A stretch of DNA of 64,000 nt from Gammaproteobacteria bacterium. GTDB taxonomy: Bacteria > Pseudomonadota > Gammaproteobacteria > CAJXQU01. The stretch is from assembly GCA_965238175.1 (NCBI GenBank), contig CBDEGZ010000003.1, positions 1,856,001 through 1,920,000 on the forward strand, in the 5' to 3' direction. How positions within the stretch are numbered: position 1 is the stretch's first letter; every line of letters starts with the position of its first letter. A program made the position numbers and the translations under genes. Positions 1 through 10,336 of this stretch are shown here, piece by piece. Below the pieces are notes generated by a model. That model ran no database searches. It was not told where the DNA came from and saw only the letters and a list, made by a program, of their open reading frames with translations.

Positions 1-736
1 AGTGCACTAATTCATTTTCTAACCAGCGGGGAATACTGATCCCTAACCATTTCATAAACTGAAGGGTTTTGAGAGAGCCACAGGGAGTGAGTGTGAAGAT
101 AATTGGAACTAATGGAATATTATGTTCGAGACCATAATAATAATATTCAGATAAAAAATTCTTTGATGCATTTACGTCATAAACACCTTGAGAGACAAAG
201 AAAGTACAACCTTTTTTGATCTTATTGAACACGCGAATATGTTCATCACCTTTACTCAAATGTCTTTCAGAAATAGTGACACCACCGAGAAGCATAGCGG
301 TATTTTTCTGTGCTTTTAAGTTATACGCTTCCTCAATGGATAATGAGATATTTTGTGTTTTGGATGGAGCGCCAACAAAGACGGTTAAATTATCCTCTAT
401 GGAAGCAGTAGTTAAAAAATCAGATAGTTCACTAGTATTATATTTGCCTACTGAACGATAAATAATTTTCGGGACTTTAACGGCATTCAAATAATCTTTA
501 CTATAAGAATATGAATCTAATGTTTCTAAAAAGGGGAATGGACGCTCATCAGGAGTCCGTGATGCCTCATCTTGAATATCATAGATAATCAAGCCATCAA
601 TGACGAGTGACTGGATCCGTTCTAATTGTAACGCAGATACTTCTTTGAGTTTTTCGGGGGAAGTGTCATTTTTGGGTGGTGTAATACCATAAAGAATAAT
701 TCCGCTTTGTCTATTTTTTATCTTATCAATAAGCAT
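1..736 (-). CDS. Methylenetetrahydrofolate reductase-like FAD-linked oxidoreductase, partial (runs off the window edge)
   Basis: Not in the ORF track. Manual minus-strand translation from ATG 736 gives MLIDKIKNRQSGIILYGITPPK...DGLIIYDIQDE...RPFPF...GCTFFVSQGVYD...IIFTLTPCGS..., open to position 1 and resembling the MetF-like family. Confidence 0.7.
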   Translation of the reverse strand, partial: MLIDKIKNRQSGIILYGITPPKNDTSPEKLKEVSALQLERIQSLVIDGLIIYDIQDEASRTPDERPFPFLETLDSYSYSKDYLNAVKVPKIIYRSVGKYNTSELSDFLTTASIEDNLTVFVGAPSKTQNISLSIEEAYNLKAQKNTAMLLGGVTISERHLSKGDEHIRVFNKIKKGCTFFVSQGVYDVNASKNFLSEYYYYGLEHNIPLVPIIFTLTPCGSLKTLQFMKWLGISIPRWLENELVH

Positions 737-914
737 TCATTTACACCTTTAATGGTTCATTTCAATTCTGTAAGGATATGTTTTTAGGAACGATAAACTC
801 GTCTTGTGCGACATGGGGTATTCTATACAACTTCTCTGATATAAATATAAATCCAAGTCACAGTTTTGGGCTAAATACTGAAATAATAAATAGAATGGGT
901 GAAATAATATTGAC

Positions 915-3158
915 CTATCTATTTATTTTTAATTTTTTTATACTTTTTTTCATTGTCCGTTTGCTTTTTTGTTTCCATTCATAAAAACGAACTGCCCAAC
1001 GCCAGTATACTAATTCTTTTCCTTGGATCTGATGATAATAATTCATAAACTCTTCACGACCAGGCCAGGTAAGTTTGTAATTAATTCGCATTAGATCAAT
1101 GAGACGTTGACGTTTGGTTAAGGTCGTTAAAATTCGTGCACGACCAATATCGATTATATATACTTCAACTTTGTTAGGTTTTTTCTGTTCATCATCCTTG
1201 TAAGTAAGTAATATATTTCCAGAAGATAAATCACGATGTAGTATTCCCACGCCATGCATTTTGCAAATGAAAGTAGCTATCTCTTTCAGGAGTAATGAGT
1301 TCTTGACCCCTCTATATTCTTCTTCACCGTTATTGATACTGTTAAACACATCTCTCGAAGAAAATGCATTCTCCAGAAATTCCGTTACATAATAGCTATT
1401 TCTAGTCCCGCTTTTTTCTTTACGTTCAAAAAAAGCGATTGGTTGAGGAGTATTGATCCCCCTAAGTAACATATGCGTGCCATTATTCCAATGACGTTTT
1501 GCCTTACTACTTTGGAAATGATAGCTAAAGCGCTTAAAGCCAGTCGTTCTATTTAATTTAACTGTTAAGGTGCCTAGCGTACTGGGTATATTCCATATCC
1601 GGTTACGACTGTCGCGTAAAACTTCAAGTTCTTTTGCTTGATCTAATGCTTCTGGAATAAACTCTGTACAAGCTTGATCAAAAGAATGCTTAGTATCGAT
1701 CATTAATGCACCTTGCCAATCATTATTTTCAAAATGATGAAAAGTTTTTTCTGTTGCTACTCCTGCGGCAATATTTTCAATCATTAAGTTGGGTAATATT
1801 TTTAATTGTTGAAGGCTAGGGCGTATAGTTGGTTTTGACGAAAAATAAATAAATAAAGGTGTCTCCGTAAAATTAGGAGGCGCGGTATCTAATGGTGTAG
1901 TACCGAGGTATGAATATTTAACATCTTTCAACTCGCCAGAATATAGTTTGGTAAAAGGTATTGCATAATTATCACGACACCAACACACATGGATTTCATG
2001 TTTATCTTCTGTAATAAAAATAAAATGACTAATTCCATTTTCGCCACTGAATCCCTGAATCAGTGTTGCATTACTTAAATTTGAAATAATATATTGATAG
2101 GCAAAAAAGGCGGGTCTACGGCGAAAATTATCAACACTACCTCTAAGCTCTTTATAGTAAGCAACATTATCAATTTGAGGATAAGTATTGTTGTCAGAAC
2201 CACAATCGATAAGACCATCGCGACCACAAATTAGTGGACCCCAGTAAGTACGATCAAGTGAGCCACTAGCAATTGCCAGGATCAAATATCGGCTCAAGTA
2301 TTCTGCTTGTTTTTGTTCGGGAAATTTATTGCGTCTGCTTAACCTTCTTACCGTCCAGCCGGTATAGGTACAGAATGTTTTTTTACTGCCCAGTTTTTTA
2401 CCAATGTGATCAATTATCCGAGCTTTTTTAATCAGGTTTAATTTCAAAAAATGACTGGCCCACTTTCCTAAAACACGGTGATCATAAGCTTCTGGTTCTA
2501 TAACTCTCTCAACAAATAAATTGTCTGTATGTATCACGGGTGCGCTATGTAATTCACGCATTGTATCGAGGTATGCGATATTAAACAGAGGTTCAAAATC
2601 TGAGATGTTGGGACCTGCAATGGTAATTTTATATTGTTCAGCGATAGGTCGAGCAATATTCCATGCATGCAGGTATGTGATAAAATTAAAGCCAGACCAT
2701 TTCTTTCGATTACTGGTATTACCAATTTCAAAAATATCAATTTTGTCGTGATAATTTTCAAATATTTTTCCCACAAAATCTTGCCAGTGTTTTTGTTTTT
2801 CGACAGAGTTGTCGAGGTTGGCTGCTTCATGAAGAGGCGGTAAAATATTCAACATCACATGATAGTCTTCTGCAATAATACGATCTAACAATCGCTGTGC
2901 ATGAGAACCGAATGAATCATAACTGAAAGCAAGTCGGACGTGTTTGAGGTTAAGATCATTTAATGCCTGTATGACATAATCGTCACTAGCAGGGTCTATG
3001 GAAGATGCAATATTGATCGCAAAAAAATCTTTTTTAATTTTAAACGTAGACAATACTTCGGGTGATATCCCGAGCCATAAACGAGAACGTATAAGCTCGG
3101 TTGAAATCGCAACTATTGCCCGTAGCCAGCTTTGTGGCGCTGGGATCTTTTCTTTCAT
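915..3158 (-). CDS. Fusion of a glycoside-hydrolase-like (clan A TIM barrel) domain and a C-terminal LPS kinase (WaaP/Kdo/InaA family) domain
   Basis: 747-aa ORF. The C-terminal part has kinase motifs HRDLSSGNILL and IIDIGR. The N-terminal part has a GH39/GH5-like pattern (HVRL..., FEIGNTSN, IAGPN). Confidence 0.7.
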   Translation of the reverse strand: MKEKIPAPQSWLRAIVAISTELIRSRLWLGISPEVLSTFKIKKDFFAINIASSIDPASDDYVIQALNDLNLKHVRLAFSYDSFGSHAQRLLDRIIAEDYHVMLNILPPLHEAANLDNSVEKQKHWQDFVGKIFENYHDKIDIFEIGNTSNRKKWSGFNFITYLHAWNIARPIAEQYKITIAGPNISDFEPLFNIAYLDTMRELHSAPVIHTDNLFVERVIEPEAYDHRVLGKWASHFLKLNLIKKARIIDHIGKKLGSKKTFCTYTGWTVRRLSRRNKFPEQKQAEYLSRYLILAIASGSLDRTYWGPLICGRDGLIDCGSDNNTYPQIDNVAYYKELRGSVDNFRRRPAFFAYQYIISNLSNATLIQGFSGENGISHFIFITEDKHEIHVCWCRDNYAIPFTKLYSGELKDVKYSYLGTTPLDTAPPNFTETPLFIYFSSKPTIRPSLQQLKILPNLMIENIAAGVATEKTFHHFENNDWQGALMIDTKHSFDQACTEFIPEALDQAKELEVLRDSRNRIWNIPSTLGTLTVKLNRTTGFKRFSYHFQSSKAKRHWNNGTHMLLRGINTPQPIAFFERKEKSGTRNSYYVTEFLENAFSSRDVFNSINNGEEEYRGVKNSLLLKEIATFICKMHGVGILHRDLSSGNILLTYKDDEQKKPNKVEVYIIDIGRARILTTLTKRQRLIDLMRINYKLTWPGREEFMNYYHQIQGKELVYWRWAVRFYEWKQKSKRTMKKSIKKLKINR

Positions 3159-3165
3159 AGTATTA

Positions 3166-4482
3166 TTAATGATGTCTTTTCAGTTCAGCTTGCCACTCAC
3201 GACTTTTTTGTAAAATTTCTTGTTCGTCGAGTGTTTGCAAACTTCCATGTTGAAGTAGCTGTCGTCCCGCGACCCAAACGTCGGTAATTTGATCACGGTT
3301 AGCAGAATAGATCAATTGTGAAATCGGATCATATAAGGGTTGGGTCTCAATTGTATTCATATTCAGGGCCATGATGTCGGCTTGTTTTCCGACAGACAAT
3401 GAACCAATTTTATCATCCAGTCCTAATGCTTTTGCACCGTTTAATGTCGCCATTTTTAAGGCAGTAAAAGCCGGTATTGCTTCAGCATTTTGAGAGACAC
3501 CTTTAGCGAGTAATGCCGCGCTACGCATTTCGCCGAGCATATCAAGATCGTTATTGCTAGCAGCGCCATCTGTGCCCAGTGCGATGTTTATGTTGTTTTG
3601 TTCAAGATCAGAAACAGGACAGAAACCGCTGGCAAGTTTGAGATTGGATTCTGGACAATGAACAATATTTACGCCATGTTTTTTGATCAATTCTTTGTCA
3701 GAGTCACTAAGTTGTGTCATATGAACGGCGATTAAGCGCGGCGATAATAAACCAAGTCTTTCTAATCTTTGGATTGGACGTTCACCAGTTTGTTTTATCG
3801 ATTCTTCAACTTCATGCGCAATTTCATGTAAATGGATGGTGATCTGCACATCCAGTTCTTCCGCATGAACGGTGATTTTTTTTAATGAGGCATCACTGAC
3901 TGTGTAAGGCGCATGTGGTGCAAAGCAAGTACTGATCAAAGGATCGTTACGATATTGATCATGAACTTCAAGGCTTTTATGAAAATACTCTTCTGCGTCG
4001 TTTGCCCAGGTTGAAGGGAAATCGATCACGATCATTCCAACCATCGCTCTGATCCCGGCGACGGATGCGATATGCGCAACTTGATCAGGGAAAAAGTACA
4101 TATCATTAAAACAGGTAGTACCACTACGGATCATTTCCGCGATGGCATGTCGTGTGCCATCAAGCACGAATTCTGCACTGACAGCATCATGTTCAGCGGG
4201 CCAGATATGATCATTTAACCAGGTCATTAGTGGTTTATCATCAGACAGACCACGGAACAGATTCATCGCGGCATGTGTATGTGCGTTGATCAAACCCGGC
4301 GTTAAAAGGTGATTATCTAATTTATGAATCGTTTCAGCCTGATATTTTTCGTTAGCGACAACTGAAGGTAGTAATTCGAGAATTTCACTTTCATGGATCG
4401 CAATCGCATGTTTTTCAAGGACTACATTTTCTGGTTCAACAGGAACGATCCAGCCTGCGTGAATAAGCGTATCAATGTTCAT
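3166..4482 (-). CDS. mtaD: 5-methylthioadenosine/S-adenosylhomocysteine deaminase (TRZ/ATZ amidohydrolase)
   Basis: Motifs PGLINAHTH, HLHE, HCPESNLKL and LGTDG; lies near mtnA in divergent orientation. Confidence 0.85.
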   Translation of the reverse strand: MNIDTLIHAGWIVPVEPENVVLEKHAIAIHESEILELLPSVVANEKYQAETIHKLDNHLLTPGLINAHTHAAMNLFRGLSDDKPLMTWLNDHIWPAEHDAVSAEFVLDGTRHAIAEMIRSGTTCFNDMYFFPDQVAHIASVAGIRAMVGMIVIDFPSTWANDAEEYFHKSLEVHDQYRNDPLISTCFAPHAPYTVSDASLKKITVHAEELDVQITIHLHEIAHEVEESIKQTGERPIQRLERLGLLSPRLIAVHMTQLSDSDKELIKKHGVNIVHCPESNLKLASGFCPVSDLEQNNINIALGTDGAASNNDLDMLGEMRSAALLAKGVSQNAEAIPAFTALKMATLNGAKALGLDDKIGSLSVGKQADIMALNMNTIETQPLYDPISQLIYSANRDQITDVWVAGRQLLQHGSLQTLDEQEILQKSREWQAELKRHH

Positions 4483-4566
4483 AAATTATTGTTCTTCGAT
4501 TAAATCAAAGCGTGAAAATCAAAAGCTGTTAAATACTTTAAAGGAGAATTCATAAGCTAAATCGTG

Positions 4567-5445
4567 CTAATTATGCATGTAATCATGAAAGAAAGTAAGA
4601 ACCTGATCACGATACTTTTCAGGGGCATATTCGTAAATATTTTGATGGGCTGCGCCTTTAACTCTCCATATTTTTTTCGGCTCAGATGCTTGTTCGAACA
4701 TTCTATTACTTTGATCAATTGATGTATGTTTATCTTTGGTTCCAGCAATAATAAAAACGGGTGAAGTTGTTTGTTTTAATTCGTCTATCGGGCTTAGTTC
4801 TTCTGGTGAGAAGCCAAGGCGTGGTTTTATTTGCCATAGGAGCAGAGGTGATAAATGTTTTCCAAGAATTTTTAAATGTATCTCAATTCTATTTTTAACA
4901 GCCTCCTTAAGTGTTGGGTAGACCATTTCTAATACAATGGCATTGGCCTGATTTTTTATTGAACTTAATAAGGCTGATGCACCCCCAAGAGATACACCAA
5001 TGATACCAACAGGTTTTCCATTAATTTTGTTTTTTAATAATTTAAATGCTGCATTTGTATCCTGAGATTCCAGATAACCGAATGTAATATGTTTGCCAGA
5101 ACTTTTCCCATGCGCTTGAAAATCAAATAAGAGTACAGAATAACCTGCCGTATTTAACATTGTTGCCCGATCAACCATTTCTCTTCGATCAGATCGAACA
5201 CTATGCATGAGCAAGATGCCGCCTTTTTCTTTTTGACCTTTGATAAAAGTACCAGATAACAACTTTCCCGTTGTACTTGAAAAAATGATATCTTCTACGT
5301 TCGTGATACCAAAATCATCAGGTTTGAGATCGAAATTGCTTTGATGTGGATTAGTTAAAATGGTACCTAATATATACAAGCAAGAAAGGCCAATAATTCC
5401 TATACAAAGAATGATTAATAATAAAGTTTTCGGTTTTTTTAGCAT
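4567..5445 (-). CDS. Alpha/beta hydrolase with N-terminal membrane anchor
   Basis: GVSLGG nucleophile elbow, Asp (GTKD) and His (GAAH). Start moved to ATG 5445 because the track start overlaps mtnA. Confidence 0.8.
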   Translation of the reverse strand: MLKKPKTLLLIILCIGIIGLSCLYILGTILTNPHQSNFDLKPDDFGITNVEDIIFSSTTGKLLSGTFIKGQKEKGGILLMHSVRSDRREMVDRATMLNTAGYSVLLFDFQAHGKSSGKHITFGYLESQDTNAAFKLLKNKINGKPVGIIGVSLGGASALLSSIKNQANAIVLEMVYPTLKEAVKNRIEIHLKILGKHLSPLLLWQIKPRLGFSPEELSPIDELKQTTSPVFIIAGTKDKHTSIDQSNRMFEQASEPKKIWRVKGAAHQNIYEYAPEKYRDQVLTFFHDYMHN

Positions 5446-5496
5446 AACGTAATTTTGTAAGCGTAGAATTGAAAAACATTGTATGGAAAATATCTT

Positions 5497-6516
5497 ATGA
5501 AAGGAAATAACGCATTTAAGACTCTCGAATGGACTCACGAAGGTTTACTACTGCTCGATCAACGTAAGCTGCCGCAGGTTACGGAATATTGTTTGTTAAG
5601 GACATTGGATGAAGTAACAAACGCGATTACAGATATGGTGGTCAGAGGTGCGCCAGCTATTGGTGTTGCTGCGGCTTATGGCGTTGTTCTTGGTTATCGA
5701 GAGCACGGATGTAATTTAGACTTGACGAAGTTACGTGATGCACGTCCAACGGCTGTAAACCTGAATTGGGCGATTGATCAGATGGAGTTTACATTGCGTT
5801 CGGCAACTGATGAGTCAGTGTTATTAGAGCTTGCGATCAAAATTCATCAGGAAGATGTAGCAGCGAATCGTCGCATGGGTGAGTTGGGCGCTGATCTTTT
5901 AAGTGATAATGTGAATGTACTTACACATTGTAATGCAGGAGCTTTGGCGACAGCGGGTTACGGAACTGCGCTAGGTGTCATTCGTTCTGGTGTTGAACAG
6001 AATAAAATCCGTCGTGTCTATGCGGATGAAACGCGTCCCTGGATGCAAGGTTCTCGTTTGACTGCATGGGAATTACTGCAAGAGGGTATTGCAGTGACTT
6101 TACTTGCAGACGGAGCTGCTGCTTGGCTAATGAAGCAGGGCAAAGTTGATTGGGTGATTGTCGGATCTGATCGAATTGCAGCTAATGGTGATGTGGCAAA
6201 TAAAATTGGGACATATTCTCTAGCATTAGCTGCAAAAGTACATGGGGTTAAATTTATGGTGGTTGCGCCAACGACAACAATTGATCTTGAATGCCCAAAT
6301 GGAGATCGGATTGATATCGAATCCCGTTTGCAAGAAGAAGTTTTGAAATTTAATGGAATAAGAATCGCAGCAGAAGGTGCTGGTGCGTGGAACCCTGTTT
6401 TTGATGTAACACCAGCGGATCTTGTCACCGCTATTGTCACTGAAAGAGGGGTGATAAAATTTCCACAGACACCTTCGCAATTTTTAGCCAAGTGTAGTGC
6501 TCTAATAAACTCGTAG
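5497..6516 (+). CDS. mtnA: S-methyl-5-thioribose-1-phosphate isomerase
   Basis: Motifs [31 protein letters not shown] and NPVFDVTP. Confidence 0.93.
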   Translation: MKGNNAFKTLEWTHEGLLLLDQRKLPQVTEYCLLRTLDEVTNAITDMVVRGAPAIGVAAAYGVVLGYREHGCNLDLTKLRDARPTAVNLNWAIDQMEFTLRSATDESVLLELAIKIHQEDVAANRRMGELGADLLSDNVNVLTHCNAGALATAGYGTALGVIRSGVEQNKIRRVYADETRPWMQGSRLTAWELLQEGIAVTLLADGAAAWLMKQGKVDWVIVGSDRIAANGDVANKIGTYSLALAAKVHGVKFMVVAPTTTIDLECPNGDRIDIESRLQEEVLKFNGIRIAAEGAGAWNPVFDVTPADLVTAIVTERGVIKFPQTPSQFLAKCSALINS

Positions 6517-6567
6517 CAAAATATAAGCGGTAAAGCTTTATTTACCCACAAAAAGAAGATACAACTT

Positions 6568-6858
6568 ATGGGTAATAGACGTACATTCAGTGCTGAATTT
6601 AAAGTGGGCTCAGCCAGTTTAGTATTAGAGCAAGACTATATGCCGCTATGGAAGCTTGCTGGGCAGTTGATATCAATGCAGCAACTATGCGTGGTTGAGT
6701 TAATCGATTCAAACAAGAATGAAGTGGCATTATGTCAAAGCCCTTGTACCTGGACAGCGACCTATCCAGGAATTAGAAACCAGGATCAAACGGATAGAAC
6801 GAGAGAAAAAAATCCTGAAAAAAGCGATGGCTTTGTTGATGTCGGACACAATTTATAG
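6568..6858 (+). pseudogene. Degenerate IS3-family (IS911-like) transposase OrfA remnant
   Basis: Starts RRTFSAEFK..SASLVLEQDY. A shifted frame gives IQELETRIKRIEREKKILKKAMALLMSD, the typical IS3 OrfA C-terminus. No OrfB follows. Confidence 0.75.
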
Positions 6859-6971
6859 GCGCTCATAAATAATGTTTCTGTGAAGTAATTCCAGTTTTAC
6901 TACTTATCGCTCTCTTAGATCAGCCGCTATCAGTAGGTATCAACAAAACACGAAGTTATTAGATAAAAAAA

Positions 6972-7199
6972 ATGCTTGTCGAAGAAGAGTTGGATGAACT
7001 GGAAGCGACTCAAGATATTTTTGGGATGCTGGAGTTACTTACGAATCATTATGGTGATGGCTCTGTTTATCTGCCAGAAGGTGTTTCTAATCAGTTTTTA
7101 GAGATGGCGAAGATGATTGGGTATGTAAATGAAGAGGGTTATCTAACTCGCATGGGACGAAAACTGGTAACTCAATATAGGAACTTGCAGTCTAAATAA
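6972..7199 (+). CDS. Small hypothetical protein
   Basis: 75-aa ORF with plausible composition, convergent with moeA; ends in a winged-helix-like GYLTRMGRKL tail. Confidence 0.55.
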   Translation: MLVEEELDELEATQDIFGMLELLTNHYGDGSVYLPEGVSNQFLEMAKMIGYVNEEGYLTRMGRKLVTQYRNLQSK

Positions 7200-8469
7200 A
7201 TTCGGAGAATGGTTGTACATCTACAATAGAGTCGATATCCGTTCCAGCCGATTCTCTGGGTAAAATAATAAAACAGTTTGCTCGCGACATTGAACTGAGT
7301 ATTCCTGAACCTTGTTCACCTGTAAGATGAACTTGTAATTGGCCATTTTCTGCCGTTTCTAATATACCTCGTTGAAATTCTGTTCGACCTAGACGTTTGC
7401 GTAATTTGGAAGTACAACTTGCTTTCAGGGTTAATGGCTGTATTGCCGATTCGCCCATCATTTTACGAAGTGCGGGTAGTACAAATTGATAGAAGGTCAC
7501 CATGACTGAAACAGGGTTACCCGGAAGGCCGAAGAATGTCGCATTACCCAATTTTCCAAAGGTAAGAGGGCGGCCGGGTTTCATCGCTATCTTCCAAAAA
7601 TTCAGTTGGCCCAGTTCTTCGAGTATTTCTTTAACGAAATCTGCTTCACCTACTGAAACGCCGCCGGAAGAAATAACAACATCGGCAATTTGAGAGGCGG
7701 TTGAGAATGCATTTCTTGTATCTTCACGAGTGTCCTTAACTGCACCCATATCAATAATCTCAACGCCGATCCTTTTTAGCATGCCATAGAGTGTGTAACG
7801 ATTGCTGTCATAGATTTGACCTTCTTCCAATGACTGTCCAACCGTTTTGAGCTCATCACCTGTAGAGAAAAAAGCCACTCTTAGCTTTCTATGCACTTTT
7901 ATTTCACCGATCCCCAAAGACGCGATCAGGCCAAGATCTGAAGGGGTAAGTGATTTACTTTTTGATAACGCTAACTGACCAATAGTTAAATCTTCACCGG
8001 CTTGCCGGACGTTTTGACCACTAATTTGATCCGTAGCAATTTGAATCTTATCCTCATTTCGTTCTACGTGTTCTTGCATAACGACAGTGTCGGTTTCGGA
8101 GGGCATGACTGCACCGGTCATGATCCGAACACATTCATTTTGTTCTAGCTTTCCTCGCCATGGCTTTCCAGCGAGGGAAGTGCCGATCAGTTTAAATAAT
8201 TTAATTTGATCGGTTGGTAAATCTTGACCGCGAACGGCATAGCCATCCATAGCAGAATTTGTATGCGAGGGAACATTAATTGGAGAGTGAATATCTTCTG
8301 CGAGTACACGACCAAGTGTTGAACGCAGTGCAATTTGTTCAAAACCTTTTATGACCTGAACCTTTTCGAGGATTCGTTGCTGAGCGACATCACAATCGAG
8401 AGAGTCAGGATCGTAATCATCCATACAACTGGGTGCATTTTTGATCGACTTTTTTATTTCGTCAGTCAT
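7192..8469 (-). CDS. moeA: Molybdopterin molybdotransferase
   Basis: Motifs SAMDGYA, IMTGA, STGDEL, SSGGVSVG, KPGRP and GLPGNPVS. Confidence 0.95.
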   Translation of the reverse strand: MTDEIKKSIKNAPSCMDDYDPDSLDCDVAQQRILEKVQVIKGFEQIALRSTLGRVLAEDIHSPINVPSHTNSAMDGYAVRGQDLPTDQIKLFKLIGTSLAGKPWRGKLEQNECVRIMTGAVMPSETDTVVMQEHVERNEDKIQIATDQISGQNVRQAGEDLTIGQLALSKSKSLTPSDLGLIASLGIGEIKVHRKLRVAFFSTGDELKTVGQSLEEGQIYDSNRYTLYGMLKRIGVEIIDMGAVKDTREDTRNAFSTASQIADVVISSGGVSVGEADFVKEILEELGQLNFWKIAMKPGRPLTFGKLGNATFFGLPGNPVSVMVTFYQFVLPALRKMMGESAIQPLTLKASCTSKLRKRLGRTEFQRGILETAENGQLQVHLTGEQGSGILSSMSRANCFIILPRESAGTDIDSIVDVQPFSEFI

Positions 8470-9595
8470 TATCAATTTGATCCAAAATAAAATTGGCGAT
8501 TTGCTCTGTATTGTTTAAATCGAGAACGGGCAATTGTACGTCATCTTGCAGGGTTTCATCGCAAGCAATAGCGATAAAATCAGTTTTGTTTTTTGACAGT
8601 CTTTTTTTTCCAAGGCTGGGTCGAAAGACTTCTATCTTAGGTATCGACTCTAGCTTAAAACCTTCGATCAAAATCAGATCGAGACTTTTATGATCAAAAT
8701 GATTTATCAGACTTCCCAACGTCGGGTTATCAGTTTTTTCGGGCGTTTCTACTATATGAGCCCAACGTTTTTGAGATCCGACAATAACCTGTGATGCACC
8801 AGCTTTTCTAAGCTCGTAACTATCTTTACCTGGAAAATCTATTTCAAATTCATGGTGAGCATGTTTTACCAGGCCAATTCTTAGTTGTTTTTCTTTTAAA
8901 GTCGCGATCAGTTTTTTTAGTAAAGTTGTCTTGCCAGAGCCGCTGTGGGCTGCGAAACCAATTACTGGTAAATTGAGTCTATTCATCGTCATGCGACTTT
9001 CTGCTGTTTCCAAATCTTCAGGTGTATTAATGTTGATGAACATTTCTGGGTGATCAGAAAAATCTACATGGGCCACAGTGTGTTCGTTGTACCAAGTGTC
9101 GATTTTACGATGACCATTAGCAAGATATGCTTTTAATGAGGATAATAAATTCGATTTAATCAATGCAAAGACAGGCTGAACTCGATTGCCATCGTAAGCA
9201 ACGCATATATCAGCTTTGCTGGATTCATGGGTTTCTACAAAACGTGCGACTAAGTTACCTTCTAAAAAAGGTGAATCACAGGGAACAACCAGGATATGAG
9301 ATGTAGATACGAATTGCAGTGCCGTCGCCATACCCGCTAGAGGACCAACGTATCCACTAATTGTATCGCTGAGCACGGTGTGGCCTAATTTTTCATATTG
9401 ATCATGGTTGCGATTTGCATTAATCACAATATGATCAACTTGAGGCTTAAGAATATCCAATATATGCCGAATAAGAATGGTACCGGAGAGGGAAAGAAGT
9501 GCTTTATCGATCCCCCCCATCCTACGGGCTAAGCCGCCTGCCAGGATAATACCGGTGATACTTATAGATTGTTTACACGAACTAGTATTGCTCAT
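8462..9595 (-). CDS. mobA: Bifunctional molybdenum cofactor guanylyltransferase MobA / MobB fusion
   Basis: N-terminal ILAGGLARRMGG..DK, GPLAG, PCDSP and NINTPEDL (MobA). C-terminal SGSGKTT, KHAHH, PGKDS and EGFK (MobB). Start could be TTG 9616. Confidence 0.9.
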   Translation of the reverse strand: MSNTSSCKQSISITGIILAGGLARRMGGIDKALLSLSGTILIRHILDILKPQVDHIVINANRNHDQYEKLGHTVLSDTISGYVGPLAGMATALQFVSTSHILVVPCDSPFLEGNLVARFVETHESSKADICVAYDGNRVQPVFALIKSNLLSSLKAYLANGHRKIDTWYNEHTVAHVDFSDHPEMFININTPEDLETAESRMTMNRLNLPVIGFAAHSGSGKTTLLKKLIATLKEKQLRIGLVKHAHHEFEIDFPGKDSYELRKAGASQVIVGSQKRWAHIVETPEKTDNPTLGSLINHFDHKSLDLILIEGFKLESIPKIEVFRPSLGKKRLSKNKTDFIAIACDETLQDDVQLPVLDLNNTEQIANFILDQIDND

Positions 9596-9715
9596 GTGAT
9601 TAAATTCTACAGTCAAACTGACATTTGTAAACTATTCCGAAAGCAGGATATATCTATTATAGTTTAGATAGTTATAATGTATTCTTGCTGGAGGGGATTA
9701 ACTTAGGAGCAAAAA

Positions 9716-10300
9716 ATGATGATTAACAAGTTGAATAATGTTCGATATTTTTTAGTGGTTGCTTTAATGTTCTGTGTTTTTGGGAATGTTAATGCTGCTG
9801 GTGCAGGTCAATCAAAAAATTATCTGGTACAACCGGGTGATGTTTTACATGTGGCAGTCTGGAAAGAAGAGGATCTAACACTTGATGTTCTCGTTCGTCC
9901 AGATGGGCACTTTTCATTTCCACTTGCGGGCGATATTAATGGCAATGGCAAAAATGCTCAGCAAATAACTAAGGAGCTTGCTAAGAAAATAGAAAAGTAC
10001 ATCCCTGATCCCGTGATTACGGTTTCGGTAGTACAAATACTCGGCAATAAAATATTCGTTATCGGTAAAGTGAATAACCCTGGTGAATTTATTATGAGCC
10101 ACGACATAGATGTGGTTCAGGCGATGAGTATGGCGGGTGGTGCATCTACATTTGCAGGCCTGAACAAGATTAAAATCTTGAGAAGGGATAAGAGTGGTAA
10201 ACAATCTGCAATACCGTTTAAGTATGCTGATATCGAATCGGGCCGTAATTTACATCAAAATATTCTATTGGAACCTGGAGATGTGGTTGTCGTTCCATAA
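9716..10300 (+). CDS. Polysaccharide export (OPX/Wza-like) periplasmic protein, short form
   Basis: Signal peptide, PGDVL..VW, VRPDG..SFPLAG and one SLBB domain ending LEPGDVVVVP. Confidence 0.88.
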   Translation: MMINKLNNVRYFLVVALMFCVFGNVNAAGAGQSKNYLVQPGDVLHVAVWKEEDLTLDVLVRPDGHFSFPLAGDINGNGKNAQQITKELAKKIEKYIPDPVITVSVVQILGNKIFVIGKVNNPGEFIMSHDIDVVQAMSMAGGASTFAGLNKIKILRRDKSGKQSAIPFKYADIESGRNLHQNILLEPGDVVVVP

Positions 10301-10336
10301 AGGTATAATGTTTTGAAATTATCGGGGGAAAGTGAG

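Noticed and set aside
216-984. Plus-strand ORFs 216-461 and 778-984
   Set aside because: Antisense shadows of the MetF-like gene and of the end of the kinase fusion.
6018-6551. Long antisense ORFs over mtnA, and similar ones over pntAB, fimV and the transposase
   Set aside because: They fully overlap well-supported genes on the opposite strand and show no protein motifs.
8462-9595. MobA-MobB fusion as a novelty
   Set aside because: Such fusions are already known in several proteobacteria.
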